Part shown: one piece after another, positions 11,645 to 25,811 of the stretch
Numbering within the stretch: position 1 is the first letter of the stretch
Layout of the letters: every line of letters starts with the position of its first letter
Assembly: GCF_006345805.1 (NCBI RefSeq)
Contig: NC_043023.1
Location: 14,322,001 to 14,386,000 of the forward strand
DNA from: Octopus sinensis
Taxonomy: Eukaryota
Length of the DNA: 64,000 bases
Reading direction: 5' to 3'
Notes under the pieces: model-generated
Told to the model about the DNA's origin: nothing
Database searches by the model: none
Seen by the model: the letters and a program-made list of their open reading frames with translations, nothing else
Made by a program: the position numbers and the translations under genes

Positions 11645-13664
11645 TATATTACTCTTTTACTCTTTTACTTGTTTCAGTCATTTTGACTGCGGCCATGCCG
11701 GAGCACCACCTTTAGTCGATCAAATCGACCCTGGGACTTATTCTTTGTAAGCCTAGTACTTATTCTATCGGTCTCCTTTGCCGAACCGCCAAGTGACGGG
11801 GACGTAAACACACTAGCATCGGTTGTCAAGCAATGCTAGGGGGACAAACACAGACATACAAACACACACACATATATATATATATACATATATACGACAG
11901 GCTTCTTTCAGTTTCTGTCTACCAAATCCACTCACAAAGCATTGGTCGACCCGGGGCTATAGCAGAAGACACTTGCCCAAGATGCCACGCAGTGGGACTG
12001 AACCCGGAACCATGTGGTTGGTTAGCAAGCTACTTACCACACAGCCACTCCTGCGCCTATATATATATGTAGTGAGAATTTACCAAAAAACAAAAGACGA
12101 AGACGGGTGTGTAAAGAAACAGATGTGTTAGTATAACGCTCAGGAAGTGAGAAAGTCTTTTACGTTTTGAGCCTGTGCTCTTCGACAAAAAGGAACACAG
12201 AAATAAACAGGGAGAGAAAACAGAAAAAGGAATTGTGGCTAGCGATCTATCATTGCGAAGATATATATATATATATATATATATGTGGTGAGAATTTACC
12301 AAAAAAAACAAAAGACGAAGATGGGTGTGAAAACAACAAGTGTATTAGTTTAATGCTCGGGAAGTGAGAAAGTCTTTTGTTTCGAGCCTATGCTCTTTGA
12401 CAGAAAGGAAAATAGAAATAAACAGAGAGAGAAAATAGAAAAAGGCTAGCGACCTATCATTGCAAATACATATATATGTATATAAATATATATATATATA
12501 TATATCATCATCATCATTTAACGTCTGCTTTCCATGCTAGCATGGGTTGGACGATTTCACTGAGGTCTGACGAACCAGACTCCAATCTGGTCTGGCAGAG
12601 TTTCTACAGCTGGATGCCCTTCCTAACGCCAACCACTCCGAGAGCGTAGTGGGTGCTTTTACGTGCCACCAGCACGAGGGCCAGTTTGGTGGTACTGGCA
12701 ACGGCCATGCCCAAATGGTGCTTTTTACGTGCCACCTGCACAGGAGCCAGTCCAGAGGCACTGGTGATGATCTCACATGAATGTTTCACATGCCATCAGC
12801 ACAAGTGCTAGTAAGGCGACGCGGTAATGATCACACTTGAATGGTGTGCTTAACGTGCCATTGGCACAAAGGCCAGCTTGTTGCTCTGGCAACGATCTAT
12901 AACGATATATATATATAGTAAATAAACTCTGGAAGAGATCTTCATTTCATGAGGTGTCAAAATTTGAAGTTCTGGTGGCACTTCCACATTGTGATTGCTA
13001 CTGTTTCATTGAGCAACAATAAAGCAAGTCAAACTGCATTATTCCACGGTTTGAATGGTAAGGAGGGTCTATATATATGTGGTGAGAATTTACAAAAAAG
13101 AAAAGACGAAAACGGGTGTGTAAACAACAAACAGATGTATTAGTTTAACACTCAGGAAGTGAGAAAGTCATTTATGTTTCGAGCCTATGCTCTTCAACAG
13201 AAAGGAACACATATATATCAAAAGGATGTGTCATAGCACTATTCCACATATACAAACCAGTCGCCTCTCGCCCCTGTGCCAGTGGCATGTATAAAGCACA
13301 CACTATACTCACGGAGTGGCTGGCGTTAGGAAGGGCATCCAGCTGTAGAAACACTGCCAGATAAGACTGGAGCCTGGTGCAGCCTCCTGGCTTCCCAGAC
13401 CCCGGTCGAACCGTCCAACCCATGCTAGCATGGAAAGCGGACATTAAACGATGATGATGACAAAAACAGCTATACCCATTATCCAACATACCTCCATCAT
13501 CAGCTGCCCCATGGATATCATTATACACACACACACACATAAATAGATAGAAAGACAGATAGATAAATAAAGAGATGAAAAAATAGATAGATATGATACA
13601 TATGTGCATGTATGAACGTAGGTTGCCATATGTATATCTGTATTTAAATATGTATATATCATAC

Positions 13665-14052
13665 ACTGTGGAGGCGCAATGGCCCAGTGGTTAGGGCAGC
13701 GGACTCGCGGTCGGAGGATCGCGGTTTCGATTCCCAGACCGAGCATTGTGAGTGTTTATTGAGCGAAAACACCTAAAGCTTCACAAGGCTCCTGCAGGGG
13801 ATGGTGGTGATCCCTGCTGTACTCTTTCCCCACAACTTTCTCTCACTCTTTCTTCCTGTTTCTGTTGTTGTACCTGTATTTCAAAGGGCCGGCCTTGTCA
13901 CTCTCTGTGTCACGCTGAATCTCCTCGAGAACTACGTTAAGGGTACACGTGTCTGTGGAATGCTCAGCCACTTGTACATTAATTCCACGAGCAAGCTGTT
14001 CCGTTGATCGTATCAGCTGGGACCCTCATCGTCGTAACCGACGGAGTGCTCC
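13665..14052 (+). mobile_element. tRNA-derived SINE family D (second copy on the minus strand at about 37590-37966)
   Basis: Head ggcgcaatggcccagtggttagggcagcggactcgcgg..ggtttcgattccc, followed by about 300 bp of body shared with the second copy. Confidence 0.8.
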
Positions 14053-14329
14053 TAGATATCACACACACACAAGGTGATGCAATAGGAAGCATTGAACTCC
14101 AAATATGAGTATGCTCTTTTTCTTTTTACTTGTTTCAGTCATTTGACTGCGGCCATGCTGGAGCACCGCCTTTTAGTCGAGCAAATCGACCCCGGGACTT
14201 ATTCTATCAGTCTCTTTTTGCCGAACCCGCTAAGTGACGGGGACGTAAACACACCAGCATCGGTTGTCAAGCGATGTTGGGGGGGGGGGACAAATACAGA
14301 CACACAAACATATACACACATGTACATAC

Positions 14330-14371
<42 letters not shown>

Positions 14372-14513
14372 TCTTTTACTTGTTTCAGTCATTTGACTGC
14401 GGCCATGCTGGAGCACCGCCTTTTAGTCGAGCAACTCGACCCTGGGTCTTATTCTTTGTAAGCCCAGTACTCATTCTATCGGTCGTCAAGCAATGCTAAG
14501 GGGAGACACACAA

Positions 14514-14554
<41 letters not shown>

Positions 14555-14753
14555 CGACGGGCTTCTTTCAGTTTCCGTCTACCAATCCACTCACAAGGCT
14601 TTGGTTGGCCCGAGGCTATAGTAGAAGACACTTGCCAAGGTGCCACACAGTTGAGCTGAACCCAAACCATGTGGTTGGTAAGCAAGCTACTTACCACACA
14701 GCCACTCCTGCGCCTATGTATATTTTTATTAATATTTATGTTATAAATATTAT

Positions 14754-14814
<61 letters not shown>

Positions 14815-14994
14815 TATGTGTGTGGTATATGTATTGTATGTATGTCTAGATATGTAGTCAGAAAATCTGCGTCAATGAATTTCTGACTCATGCAAGCAGG
14901 AAAATGGACGTTAAAACGATTACGATGATGTGTGTGTTGTGTGTGTATGCCTCTGTGTGTGAGTGTGTGTGTGCGTGTCTGTGTGTTGTCATGT

Positions 14995-15043
<49 letters not shown>

Positions 15044-15698
15044 CCACTGTATACATGTATATACGTACGTATATATATGCAAGTCGCTTATTATATATTC
15101 ACAGATGAGGTAAATCAACACGCACCCACACACGTGTGTGTATGCGTATGTATGTGTGTATTTATGTATACACGCACACACAAAGCTTCTCTCTCTCTGA
15201 TCGATTTCCATAATTAATGATATTACATCTATTAACGATAATTTGCAAAATCAAAGCATATAAAGATTGATGAAGAAAGTAAAAAGAAAAAAATGAGATT
15301 CAAACGAGGTTGCTCCAGCATGACCACAGCTTCTAACCGAAACCTACAACACAGTAATAGAACATAAAAACGGGCGCATTCTCTAAATTTCACATCGTTA
15401 TAGGGGTCCCTGATGGCCCCTACTGGATCATGCTCTTGTCCCCTCGGGTCGGTTCCAGATTATTATTTTTTTTTCATTTATTAAAAGAGAAAGGAAAAAG
15501 GTTATCAGCTTCTTTCTTCTAGTTTGTTCTGGAAAACACTTCGACCGGAATTGATAACAATAAGCGGCTTTCACTGAATAAGCTAGACATACTAACATAC
15601 ATACATACAAATATATATATATGCATACATACATACTCATGTATGATGTACACACACACATATACATACATATATATGTGTGTGTGTGTGTGTGTCTG

Positions 15699-15732
<34 letters not shown>

Positions 15733-15848
15733 GGTGTATATATATATATATATATATATATAAAGAGTGACTGAGACTTGTATGCAAAAAAAATGTGAAT
15801 ATGTGTATACACACAATGTATAATCTATACTATATACATACATATACA

Positions 15849-15927
<79 letters not shown>

Positions 15928-15950
15928 ATATATAATATTTTTACATATAT

Positions 15951-15981
<31 letters not shown>

Positions 15982-16285
15982 CATACATGCACATAATGAT
16001 ATATATATATACATATATACATTATATATATGTACTTAACTACATCAATATATGTGTGTATATACACATAAATACATAGGCATTCTTCAAATATGCACAT
16101 ACATATATATCGGTGTGTGCGCGTGTGTACGTGCGTGTGTGTGTTCGTGTGGTGTGTATATACATTTACATACACAGTCCCAGACAACCTGATCCATACA
16201 ATACTATCGAATCTATACTCTGCACAGAATCGATAAATATTTCGTCACCATTCTTAAAAGTACACTGAAATAATAATGCTATGTT

Positions 16286-16326
<41 letters not shown>

Positions 16327-16454
16327 TATGTATGTACATCCACAGACAGTGGAGGCCGCTTATTGTAATCGCGGATAACGTAATCAGCCGATTACTGTTA
16401 TCAAAATCTTTGGGTCCCGAACACGCTCAATTCAGGGTGTTGTCATATATCTTC

Positions 16455-16836
16455 TCTCTATATATAAAGCTGAAGTTGTCTGTGTATGGCAGGGTTGGTA
16501 GCCTTCAACTAATACCATCTCCTCCCGAGACCCTTAAGCGCAAGTTGACCAAAATTGAGAGTATGATAGAAGAAGGCTTGCTCTTCATTCCGTAGAAGAA
16601 ATAATTCAAATCGGACCATCTTAACACCAAAAATTATTTACATCAAAAAGGTGCTTTTTTGCTATGAAAATCCCTATTTTTTAACGATTTTTTTCACTGC
16701 TGTGTCGTCATTTTCCGGTGTATTTCAACCAGAAAAATGTTCAATTAAAGAGAATAACAAGCTACTTTTCAAAAATTCCAATTCTAAAGGGTCGAAAAGA
16801 AAACAAACCCAGAGCAAACCCTGGGCGATACTGCTA

Positions 16837-16838
<2 letters not shown>
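16455..16838 (-). mobile_element. HINE-like element, related subfamily
   Basis: Minus strand begins actagcagtatcgcccaggg and ends ..ctttatatatagag. A truncated plus-strand relative lies at about 61587-61690. Confidence 0.65.
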
Positions 16839-16876
<38 letters not shown>

Positions 16877-18039
16877 TATATATATAATATATAGATAGAA
16901 ACTATATATATATATATATATAGATAGAAAACTATATATATATATATATAGATAGATAATATATTTATTTATATTTATATATATATATATATATCTATAT
17001 AATATATATATATATATAATATATATATACATACACACACATACGACATATATATATATATAAATCAGCTGGTGAGCTTTTGTTACTTATAAGGCTTCTG
17101 TCCTCGTTTCAGAGTGATCATAATAATACGGCTATCACTATAGTTATAGAGAGACAGAAGTGAAAGTACAATGTACTAGTACATTATTATACATACAAAC
17201 AGACACCCACGCACACATATATTATATAATTGTATGTGTACACACACTGATGAACACCGTTTATAGTTAGGCGAGGAGGTATTTAATATATGTAATATAT
17301 ATACATATATATATATATATAAATATATATATATATCATACAATAAATATATATGTATCTAATACATATAATATATATACATATATATAGATTATACTAC
17401 ATAATACTATATACATATACACAACGCAAACAATACATACATACACATACTCACGCATCAAGATATTCACACACATATCGTATATAGACAAAGAATCCTC
17501 ACACACTTATATACCCGCAAAGCTTATATACACACACATATACATATAGACATACACACACACATATATACACGCGCACAACATATACACACACATAAAC
17601 GCACACACATATACATACACACACACACTCGCACATATACACACACACATATATATATAGATGAGTTATATACACACACACACATATACACACACACATA
17701 TATATTTAGATGAGTTTGTAGTGCACCTGAGCACTGTACACAATTATTTTATTATTATAGTATTAATATTACACATATATATATATATATATACACACAC
17801 CGCCCACTCCCACAGATACTATATACATAACACACACACACACTCACATACACTCACCACACATATATATTATATGTATACACAACAAACTCCACACAGA
17901 TACGATTACACTCACAACAGATACACACACACACACACATCATACACATATACCACACACACACCATATTACTCACACACATATATACACACACTCACCC
18001 ACACACATAATAAATTATACACGCGCACACATACACATT

Positions 18040-18410
18040 CGCCGCACACACACACCCCAAGTTTACGTATCGTGTTTACCTTATTAGTAATGTCATGCAG
18101 CAATTGAATTAACCCGAAATCCGAGCAAGTGCTTTTCACATTCCACGGTACATCGAACCCCAGGAAAACGCGTTGGAACGTCCAAAACTGACATGGTACG
18201 GTAACAGTACCCCTGAGGTAGGTAAGGAAGGACCGGGGTACGGCAACAGGGTCTTCTTTTGTGGCCCACACGGAGCTCTGGAGCGATGACAACCTCTCCC
18301 TTCCCAGGCGGTCGGCTTTGCACAAGTGATGCGTCACGCAATTACATATTCGATGCGACGGAAGACGCGAGTCTCGTCGGTGCGCGCGCTTGCGCCTGTG
18401 TGCTGCCTGC
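18040..18410. promoter_or_regulatory. Isolated CpG-rich island, possible promoter or first exon
   Basis: GC/CpG-rich unique block embedded in TA/CA microsatellites, with a TGCGTCA (CRE-like) motif and splice-donor-like sites on both strands. Confidence 0.35.
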
Positions 18411-18872
18411 ATGTGTGTGTGTGTCTAATATATGTATATATAAATTATATAATATATATTATATATTATTTATGTATATATGTATGTAGTGTATAGATAG
18501 ATGTATGTATGTATATATATATATATTATTATGTGTATAGATATATATTTATGTGTTGTATATATATATTGTGTATAGTTATATATTTATATCTATATAT
18601 ATTTATGTAGTATATTATATATATTCTATTTATGTATATATATTATATTGTTATGTATATATGTATATATATACATTATTTTATGTATATATGTATGTAT
18701 ATATATATTTATGTTATATATGTATAATATACATATATTTATGTATATATAGTGTATATATATATATTTATGTATATATGTATATATATACCATATATTT
18801 ATGTATATATATATGATATATATATATATTTATGTATATATGTATATATATACATATATTTATGTTATATAT

Positions 18873-18907
<35 letters not shown>

Positions 18908-19336
18908 TATATATATATATACCACAATATATATATATATATATATTACACCATTATATATATATATATATATATATTCTATATATATGTATGTATGTAT
19001 ATAATATGTCTGAATATATATGTATGCACGTATATGTGTGTCTGTCTGAGTTTGTCTATGTATACATGTGTTTTTGTATACATACATATATACATGAGTA
19101 CGTAAATATACCTGCACGCATGCAGGTATATTTACGTACGCATGCATGCATGTGTGTGTGTGTATATATATATATACACGCACGCACACACACATAAATA
19201 ATGTTTGTATAATGTATATATAATGATTTACAAATAATATATACATGCATAAATAAAAACGTATACGTGTGTTAATGTGTGTACATATGTGTGTGCATAC
19301 GTTTAAACACACATTTATAGTTGCATATACACTCTC

Positions 19337-19388
<52 letters not shown>

Positions 19389-20617
19389 GCATACATACAT
19401 AAATAAACATGCATATGTATTATAATATATATTATATATTTATATATATATATTATATTATATATTATAATATATGTCTTGTGTGTATAATGTCGCAAGT
19501 TAAGCATCTTTGTATAACGTTAAGCTTTAATTAAACAGGTGATAAACCAGTATTACGTGCTCCTGTTCAGGTTTTAGTAATAGATTAAGCAAATATTTGC
19601 AGTTTATAATATATATATATTCTGTTATTCTTTTACTTGTTTCAGTCAGTAGACTGCGGCCACGCTGGGGCACCGCCTTGGAGAATTTTAGTCGAATATA
19701 TATATTATAAATTAAAAAAAAAAAAAAAAATAAGCCCGGTATGTATTCTATCGGTGTCTTTTGCCAAACTGCTAAGTTACGGGGTCGTAAACACACCAAC
19801 ACCGGCTGTCAAGCGGTAGTGATACACACACACACGATTGGCTTGTTTCAATTTCTATCTACCAAATCTACTCACAAGGCTTTGCTCGCCCCAAGGCTAT
19901 AGTAGAAGACACTTGCTCAAGGTAGGAGTGGTGGTGTAGTAAGTAGCTTGCTTACCAGCCACATGGTTCCGGGTTCAGTCCCACTGTGTGGCACCTTGAG
20001 CAAGTGTCTTCTACAATAGCCTCGGGCCGAGCAAAGCCTTGTGAGTGGATTTGGTAGACGGAAACTGAAAGAAGCCTGTCGTATATATGTATCTATATGT
20101 ATGTGTGTGTATATGTTTATGTGTCTGTTTGTCCCCCCAACATCACTTGACAACCGATGCTGGTGTGTTTACGTCCCTGTAACTTAGCGGTTCAGCAAAA
20201 GAGAAACCGATAGAATAAGTACTAGGCTTACAAAGAATAAGTCCTGGGATCGATTTGCTCAACTAAAGGCGGTGCTCCAGCATGGCCACAGTCAAATGAC
20301 TGAAACAAGCAAAAGAGTAAAGATTAAAAGAGATATATAGATATTATTTATCATCATTATTATCATCATCATTTAACGTCCGTTTTCCATGCTGGCATGG
20401 GTCGGAGAGTTTGACAGGAGCCGGCAAACCGGAAGGCTGCACCAGGCTCTATCATCAGTTTTGGCATGATGGCTATGGTTGGATCCCTTCCTAATGCAAA
20501 CCACTTTACACAGCGTACTGGGTGGATTTTATATAGTACCAGCACAGATACCTCATCATTGTTTAACATCCACCTTCCATACTAGCATATATATTATCCA
20601 AAGTGTGCAGTATTTAA

Positions 20618-20837
20618 CCCTTTAGCATTTAAACCGGCCATATCCGGCTGAAAGTATTCTGCCTGTTTCATGGTCAAACTAGCTAGATCTGGTCTCTCAC
20701 ACCAACCCTACAATATTATTTTAAAAATTACAGGTACCTCATCAAAATCTCATCGCTACAAGATAACACCTGAATAGTTCAAGGCAATGTGGATGAAAAA
20801 GGATTAATTTTGGCAGAATAATGCGAACACTAAAGGG
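20618..20837. mobile_element. piggyBac-like MITE
   Basis: TTAA|ccctttag ... ctaaaggg|TTAA. Confidence 0.75.
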
Positions 20838-21555
20838 TTAAATGACTTACACACACACATGCATACATATACATGCATACACATACACACATATATATCA
20901 TCATAGGCATAGGAGTGGCTGTGTGGTAAATAGCTTGCTTACGAACCACATGGTGCCAGGTTCAGTCCCACTGCGTGGCACCTTGGGCAAGTGTCTTTTA
21001 TAGCCTCCGGCCAACCAATGTCTTGTGAGTGGATTTGGTAGACGGAAACTGAAAGAAGCCCATCATATATTTATGGAGTGTTAGGTAACAATCTGATTAT
21101 ATAACCCTACACTCATCATATCAGTTACATCTGATGAGCATAGGGTTATATAATCGGATTGTTATCTAACAGTCCATTTTTACCCCGAGTGCAAAACCGA
21201 TTGGTAAAATCAGCTGTAATGGATATATAATATTCTACACTTCAGATAATATACCCCCTATATTGACAGATATACGAGTGTATCTTTATCCTGACTTATG
21301 GACTTTTAGATGACTTACACACACACACATATATATATAATCATGTGTAAATATATATATATGGTGCAGGAGTGGCTGTGTGGTAGGTAGCTTGCTTACC
21401 ATCCACATGGTTCCGGGTTCAGTCCCACTGTGTGGCACCTTGGGCAAGTGTCTTCTACTATAATAGCCTCTGGCCGAGCAAAGCATTGTGAATGGATTTG
21501 GTAGACAGAAACTGAAAGAAGTCCGTCGTATATATAAATATACATACATACATAC

Positions 21556-21588
<33 letters not shown>

Positions 21589-22419
21589 TGTATGTATGTA
21601 TGTATGTATGTATGTATGTATGTATGTATGTATGTATGTATGTATGTATGTATGTATGTATGTATGTATGTGTGTGTGTGTGTATGTGTTTGTCCCCTCC
21701 CCACTGCTTGGTAACCCGATGCTGGTGTGTTTACGTCCCTGTTACTTAGCTGTTCAGCAAAAGAGACTGATAGAATAAGTACTAGGATTACAAAGAATAA
21801 GTCCTGGGGTCGATTTCCACAACTAAAAGGTAGTGCTCCAGCATGGCCACAGTCAAATGACTGAAACAAAATAGCAAAGAGTTTTATCTTGGCTATTGAA
21901 TAATTGTAACATATTATTTTACAGATAAATTTCCTCTATTTACATAATATTGAGGTTTGTTTCTTTCTTTTGTTATCTTACCGTTTTTACCAATACATAT
22001 ATATATATATTAATAGTTATCCCCATACTAATATGGTAGTCTATAAATATAAGACTAAAGCTGTCGCTGATTAGCTCCAAGAGGTCATCGCCTCTAGCTA
22101 GCTATTTGACACACGAACCTGCGTCCATTACAATATATATAATGTTTTGGACAGTTTGACTGGAACTAGTAAGCCAAAGAGCTGTACTGGACTCTGGTCT
22201 GGCTTGGCTTGGTTTCTACAGCTTGATGTCCTTCCTAATGCCAATCACTCCAAGATTGTAGTGGGTGTCTTTCACATATCACTGGCATGGTGCCTTCTAT
22301 GTGTCACTGGGATGGATGCCTTTCATGTGTGACTGGCACTGGTCATGACTAGTTCACTTGGCTGGATGTGTTTTCTCAAGCACAGCAAAGGTCTCACTCA
22401 CTTGTCATTGCTTCTGTGA

Positions 22420-22775
22420 GACTCAACATCCATCTGGGATACTCAACATCCGTCTGTGAGACTCAAAGTTCGTCTGAAGCTCAACATCCATCCATGAAAC
22501 TTGACATCTGTCTGTGAGACTCAACATCCATCTGTGACACTCAGCATCCGTCTATGAGACTCAGCATCCATCCACAAGACTCAACGTCCGTCTGTAAGAC
22601 TCAACATCCATCTGTGAGACTCAGCATCCATCTGTGAGACTCAAAATTCGTCCGTGAGACTCAACATACATCCATGAGACTCAACATCCATCTGTGACAC
22701 TCAGCATTCATCTATGAGACTCAAAATTCGTCTGTGAGACTCAACACTCAACATCAATCCATAACACTCAACACC
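22420..22775. repeat. 20-bp minisatellite (tctgtgagactcaacatcca)n, about 17 units
   Basis: Direct tandem periodicity. Confidence 0.9.
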
Positions 22776-23422
22776 TGTGTTACATTCAATCATTTTATAA
22801 GCTTATCAGGTCAGCCTTAATCAAACAGACATACCTAATCAAATGATCTCCACAGCAAGTCAGATGCAAGAGAAGTGCTATAAGCAAAATAAGGATCTTG
22901 TCCAGGTGACCCCACTTTCTCGCAGGCAATTATAAAAATTATAGGATGTCACTTACTGACATCACTATATATTCTTTTATTTGTTTCACTCATTCGACTG
23001 CAGCCATGCTGGAGCACCACCTCAAGGGGTTTTAGTTAACGCATCGACCCCAGGACTTATTTTTTGTAAGCCTAGTACTTATTCTATCAGTTCTCTTTTG
23101 CTGAACTGCTAAGTTACAGGGTACATAGACACACCAACATTGGTTCTATGGCGATGGTGGGGGGACAAAAAGACACAAACATATACACATATAAAAATAT
23201 ACGACGGGCTTCTTTCAGTTTCCTTCTACCAAATCCACTCACAAGGCTTTGGTTAGCCTGAAGCTACAGTAGAAGACACTTGCCCAAAGTGCCATGCAGT
23301 GGGACTGAACCCAGAACCATGTGGTTGGTAAGCAAGCTACTTACCACACAGCCATGCCTATAACATCATATATATTATACATACATACACATATATATAC
23401 ATAATACACATATATATATATG

Positions 23423-23471
<49 letters not shown>

Positions 23472-23498
23472 GTATATATATATATATAATGTATATAA

Positions 23499-23551
<53 letters not shown>

Positions 23552-23958
23552 GCGCATCCTTTTGTGTATGTTGATATATATATGTAGATTAATATAATAT
23601 GTATTGCAGTATTGATAACAGGTTTAATTCTATGCATTAATTTGCACTGTCTTCATTAACGTCAATAGTTTTTTTTCCTCGGATTTTATAATTTTTATAA
23701 TTTTTATATATATATACATATATTTTTGACCTTTTTGTTTATCGCTCGAAGATTGACCGTTTTTTTCTAAAGGGCCAATCAAACAAGTCCATTTCTTTTT
23801 AAAGGTTGTAGCGTTTGTAAGAGTATAGATTGAATTGATATATCAGTTCCTTCTAGCAAAAACTGTCTGATGAACGGCAACGAGAAACTCAGAATAACAG
23901 ATTTTGTTGAATTTTTCTGCTGCTTAAAATAAAGTAATAATTATTATATATATATAAT

Positions 23959-23989
<31 letters not shown>

Positions 23990-25099
23990 TAGCTTAAAAG
24001 CCGCTCTATAGGACAGCTTTTAAGCAAGCTCCTGCGGAGGGCCCTTCATTAGGCCTTGGGCCCAACAATGACACTTCATGCATTGAGTACATATTATTTT
24101 ATTTGTTTCAGTCATTTGACTGCGGCCATGCTGGAGCACTGCCTTTAGTCGAGCAAATCGACCCAGGTCATATTCTTTGTAAGCCTAGTACTTATTCTAT
24201 CAGTCTCTCTTGCCGAACCGCTAAGTGATGGTAAAGATGCCAGTACCGGTTGTCAAGCAATGTTGGAGGGGACAAACACATACATATATGGAGTGGCTGT
24301 GTGGTAAGTAGCTTGCTTACTGTTTTAGAGAAGCAAAAGTTGGCGGACGCTTTTCGTCTTCTCCCATCCTTATCATCTTTGTATCATCATCATTCACCTC
24401 ATTAATGTCCGTGTCCAACCCGCAAGCTTCCTTACTCTATGTACTGCCTTTATGGCAAATTTGATAAAATAAAGTAGCTTGTTTACCAACCACATGGTTC
24501 CGGGTTCAGTCCCACTGTGTGGAACTTTGGGCAACTGTCTTCTACTATAGCATCAGGCCGACCAAAGACTTGTGAGTGGATTTGGTAGACGAAAACTGAA
24601 AGAAGCCCATTGTATATATGTATATGTATATATGTGTGTGTGTATATATTTGTGTGTCTGTGTTTGTCCCCCCAACATCGCTTGACAACTGATGCTGGTG
24701 TGTTTGCGTCCCCGTAAATTAAGAGGTTCGACAAAAGAGATCGATAGAATAAGTACTAGGCTTCCAAAGAATAAGGGATCTTTTCCTTTTGAACGGCAGT
24801 TTTCAACACAATTTCTAGTTAACTAAACACTTTTAAACTTCGTATACTGGTAGAATGTGGGATCTTTTATAAAACCCTAAGTCCTGGGGTCGATTTGCTC
24901 GTCTAAAGGCGCTGCTCCAGCATGGCCGCAGTCAAATGACTGAAACAAGTAGAAGAGTACACACACACACACATACATATATATATATAATGTGAGTGTG
25001 TATGTGTTAGAGCTTGTTTGGTTGACAAGTGTTGACTTGTTTGTGTCACCAACGTAACGTAAACGGATTGGCATAAAAGAAACCAATGGAATAAATAGA

Positions 25100-25754
25100 A
25101 GAATCGGTGAAAGAAGTTGGCAAGGAGAGAGATAGAAAGACAGACGAAGTCAGTGATGGGAAGAATGAAAGAAAGACGGACAAAGGGAGTGGCGGGAAGA
25201 GTGACAAATAAATAGATGAATAGTCGGAGTAAGAGGAGAAAGAAAGTAATTGGAAGAGTAAGAGAGAGAAAGAGTGGTAGGAGGAGAATGAAAGAGAATG
25301 AGAGAGAGGTTGAGGAGAAGTGGTAGATGAAAGGCAGATAGATAGAGGGAGGATGAGTATAGGTAAAATCAGAGGCGGGAGAAGAGTGTTATGAATACAA
25401 TGTGAGTGGGAGGAGAGAGATAGAAAGGCAGAGATTTAAAAGTGGCGGGAAGAGAAAGATACAGGGGAAAGCGAGAGCTATAGAATGGGAGGGAGGTAGA
25501 GTTAGGAAAGAGTGGTAATATGAAAGAGAAAGAGAGTTTGCGCAGGAGAGACAGAGAGAGGGGGAGAAAAAAACAGAGAAAGAGGAGCGTATGGGTAAAA
25601 GAGAGGAAGCGAGTATGGGGAAGAGTGAGAGATAAATAAGTAAAGATAGAGAGAAAAAGTAAGAGGGAAAGAAAAAGTAAGAGTAATACTGAGGAAGAGT
25701 GATAAGGAGACGGATAAAGAGCGTTTGGGGAGGAGTGATAGACCGACAAGCAAA

Positions 25755-25811
<57 letters not shown>

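Larger units (their letters stand above)
14700..19500. repeat. Region dominated by (TA)n/(CA)n compound microsatellites
   Basis: Direct inspection. It produces the YI/VC/HT-rich spurious ORFs. Confidence 0.9.

Noticed and set aside
13670-13745. tRNA-like sequence (also at about 37890-37965)
   Set aside because: It continues into a shared 300-bp SINE body and lacks a clean acceptor stem, so it is a SINE head and not a tRNA gene.
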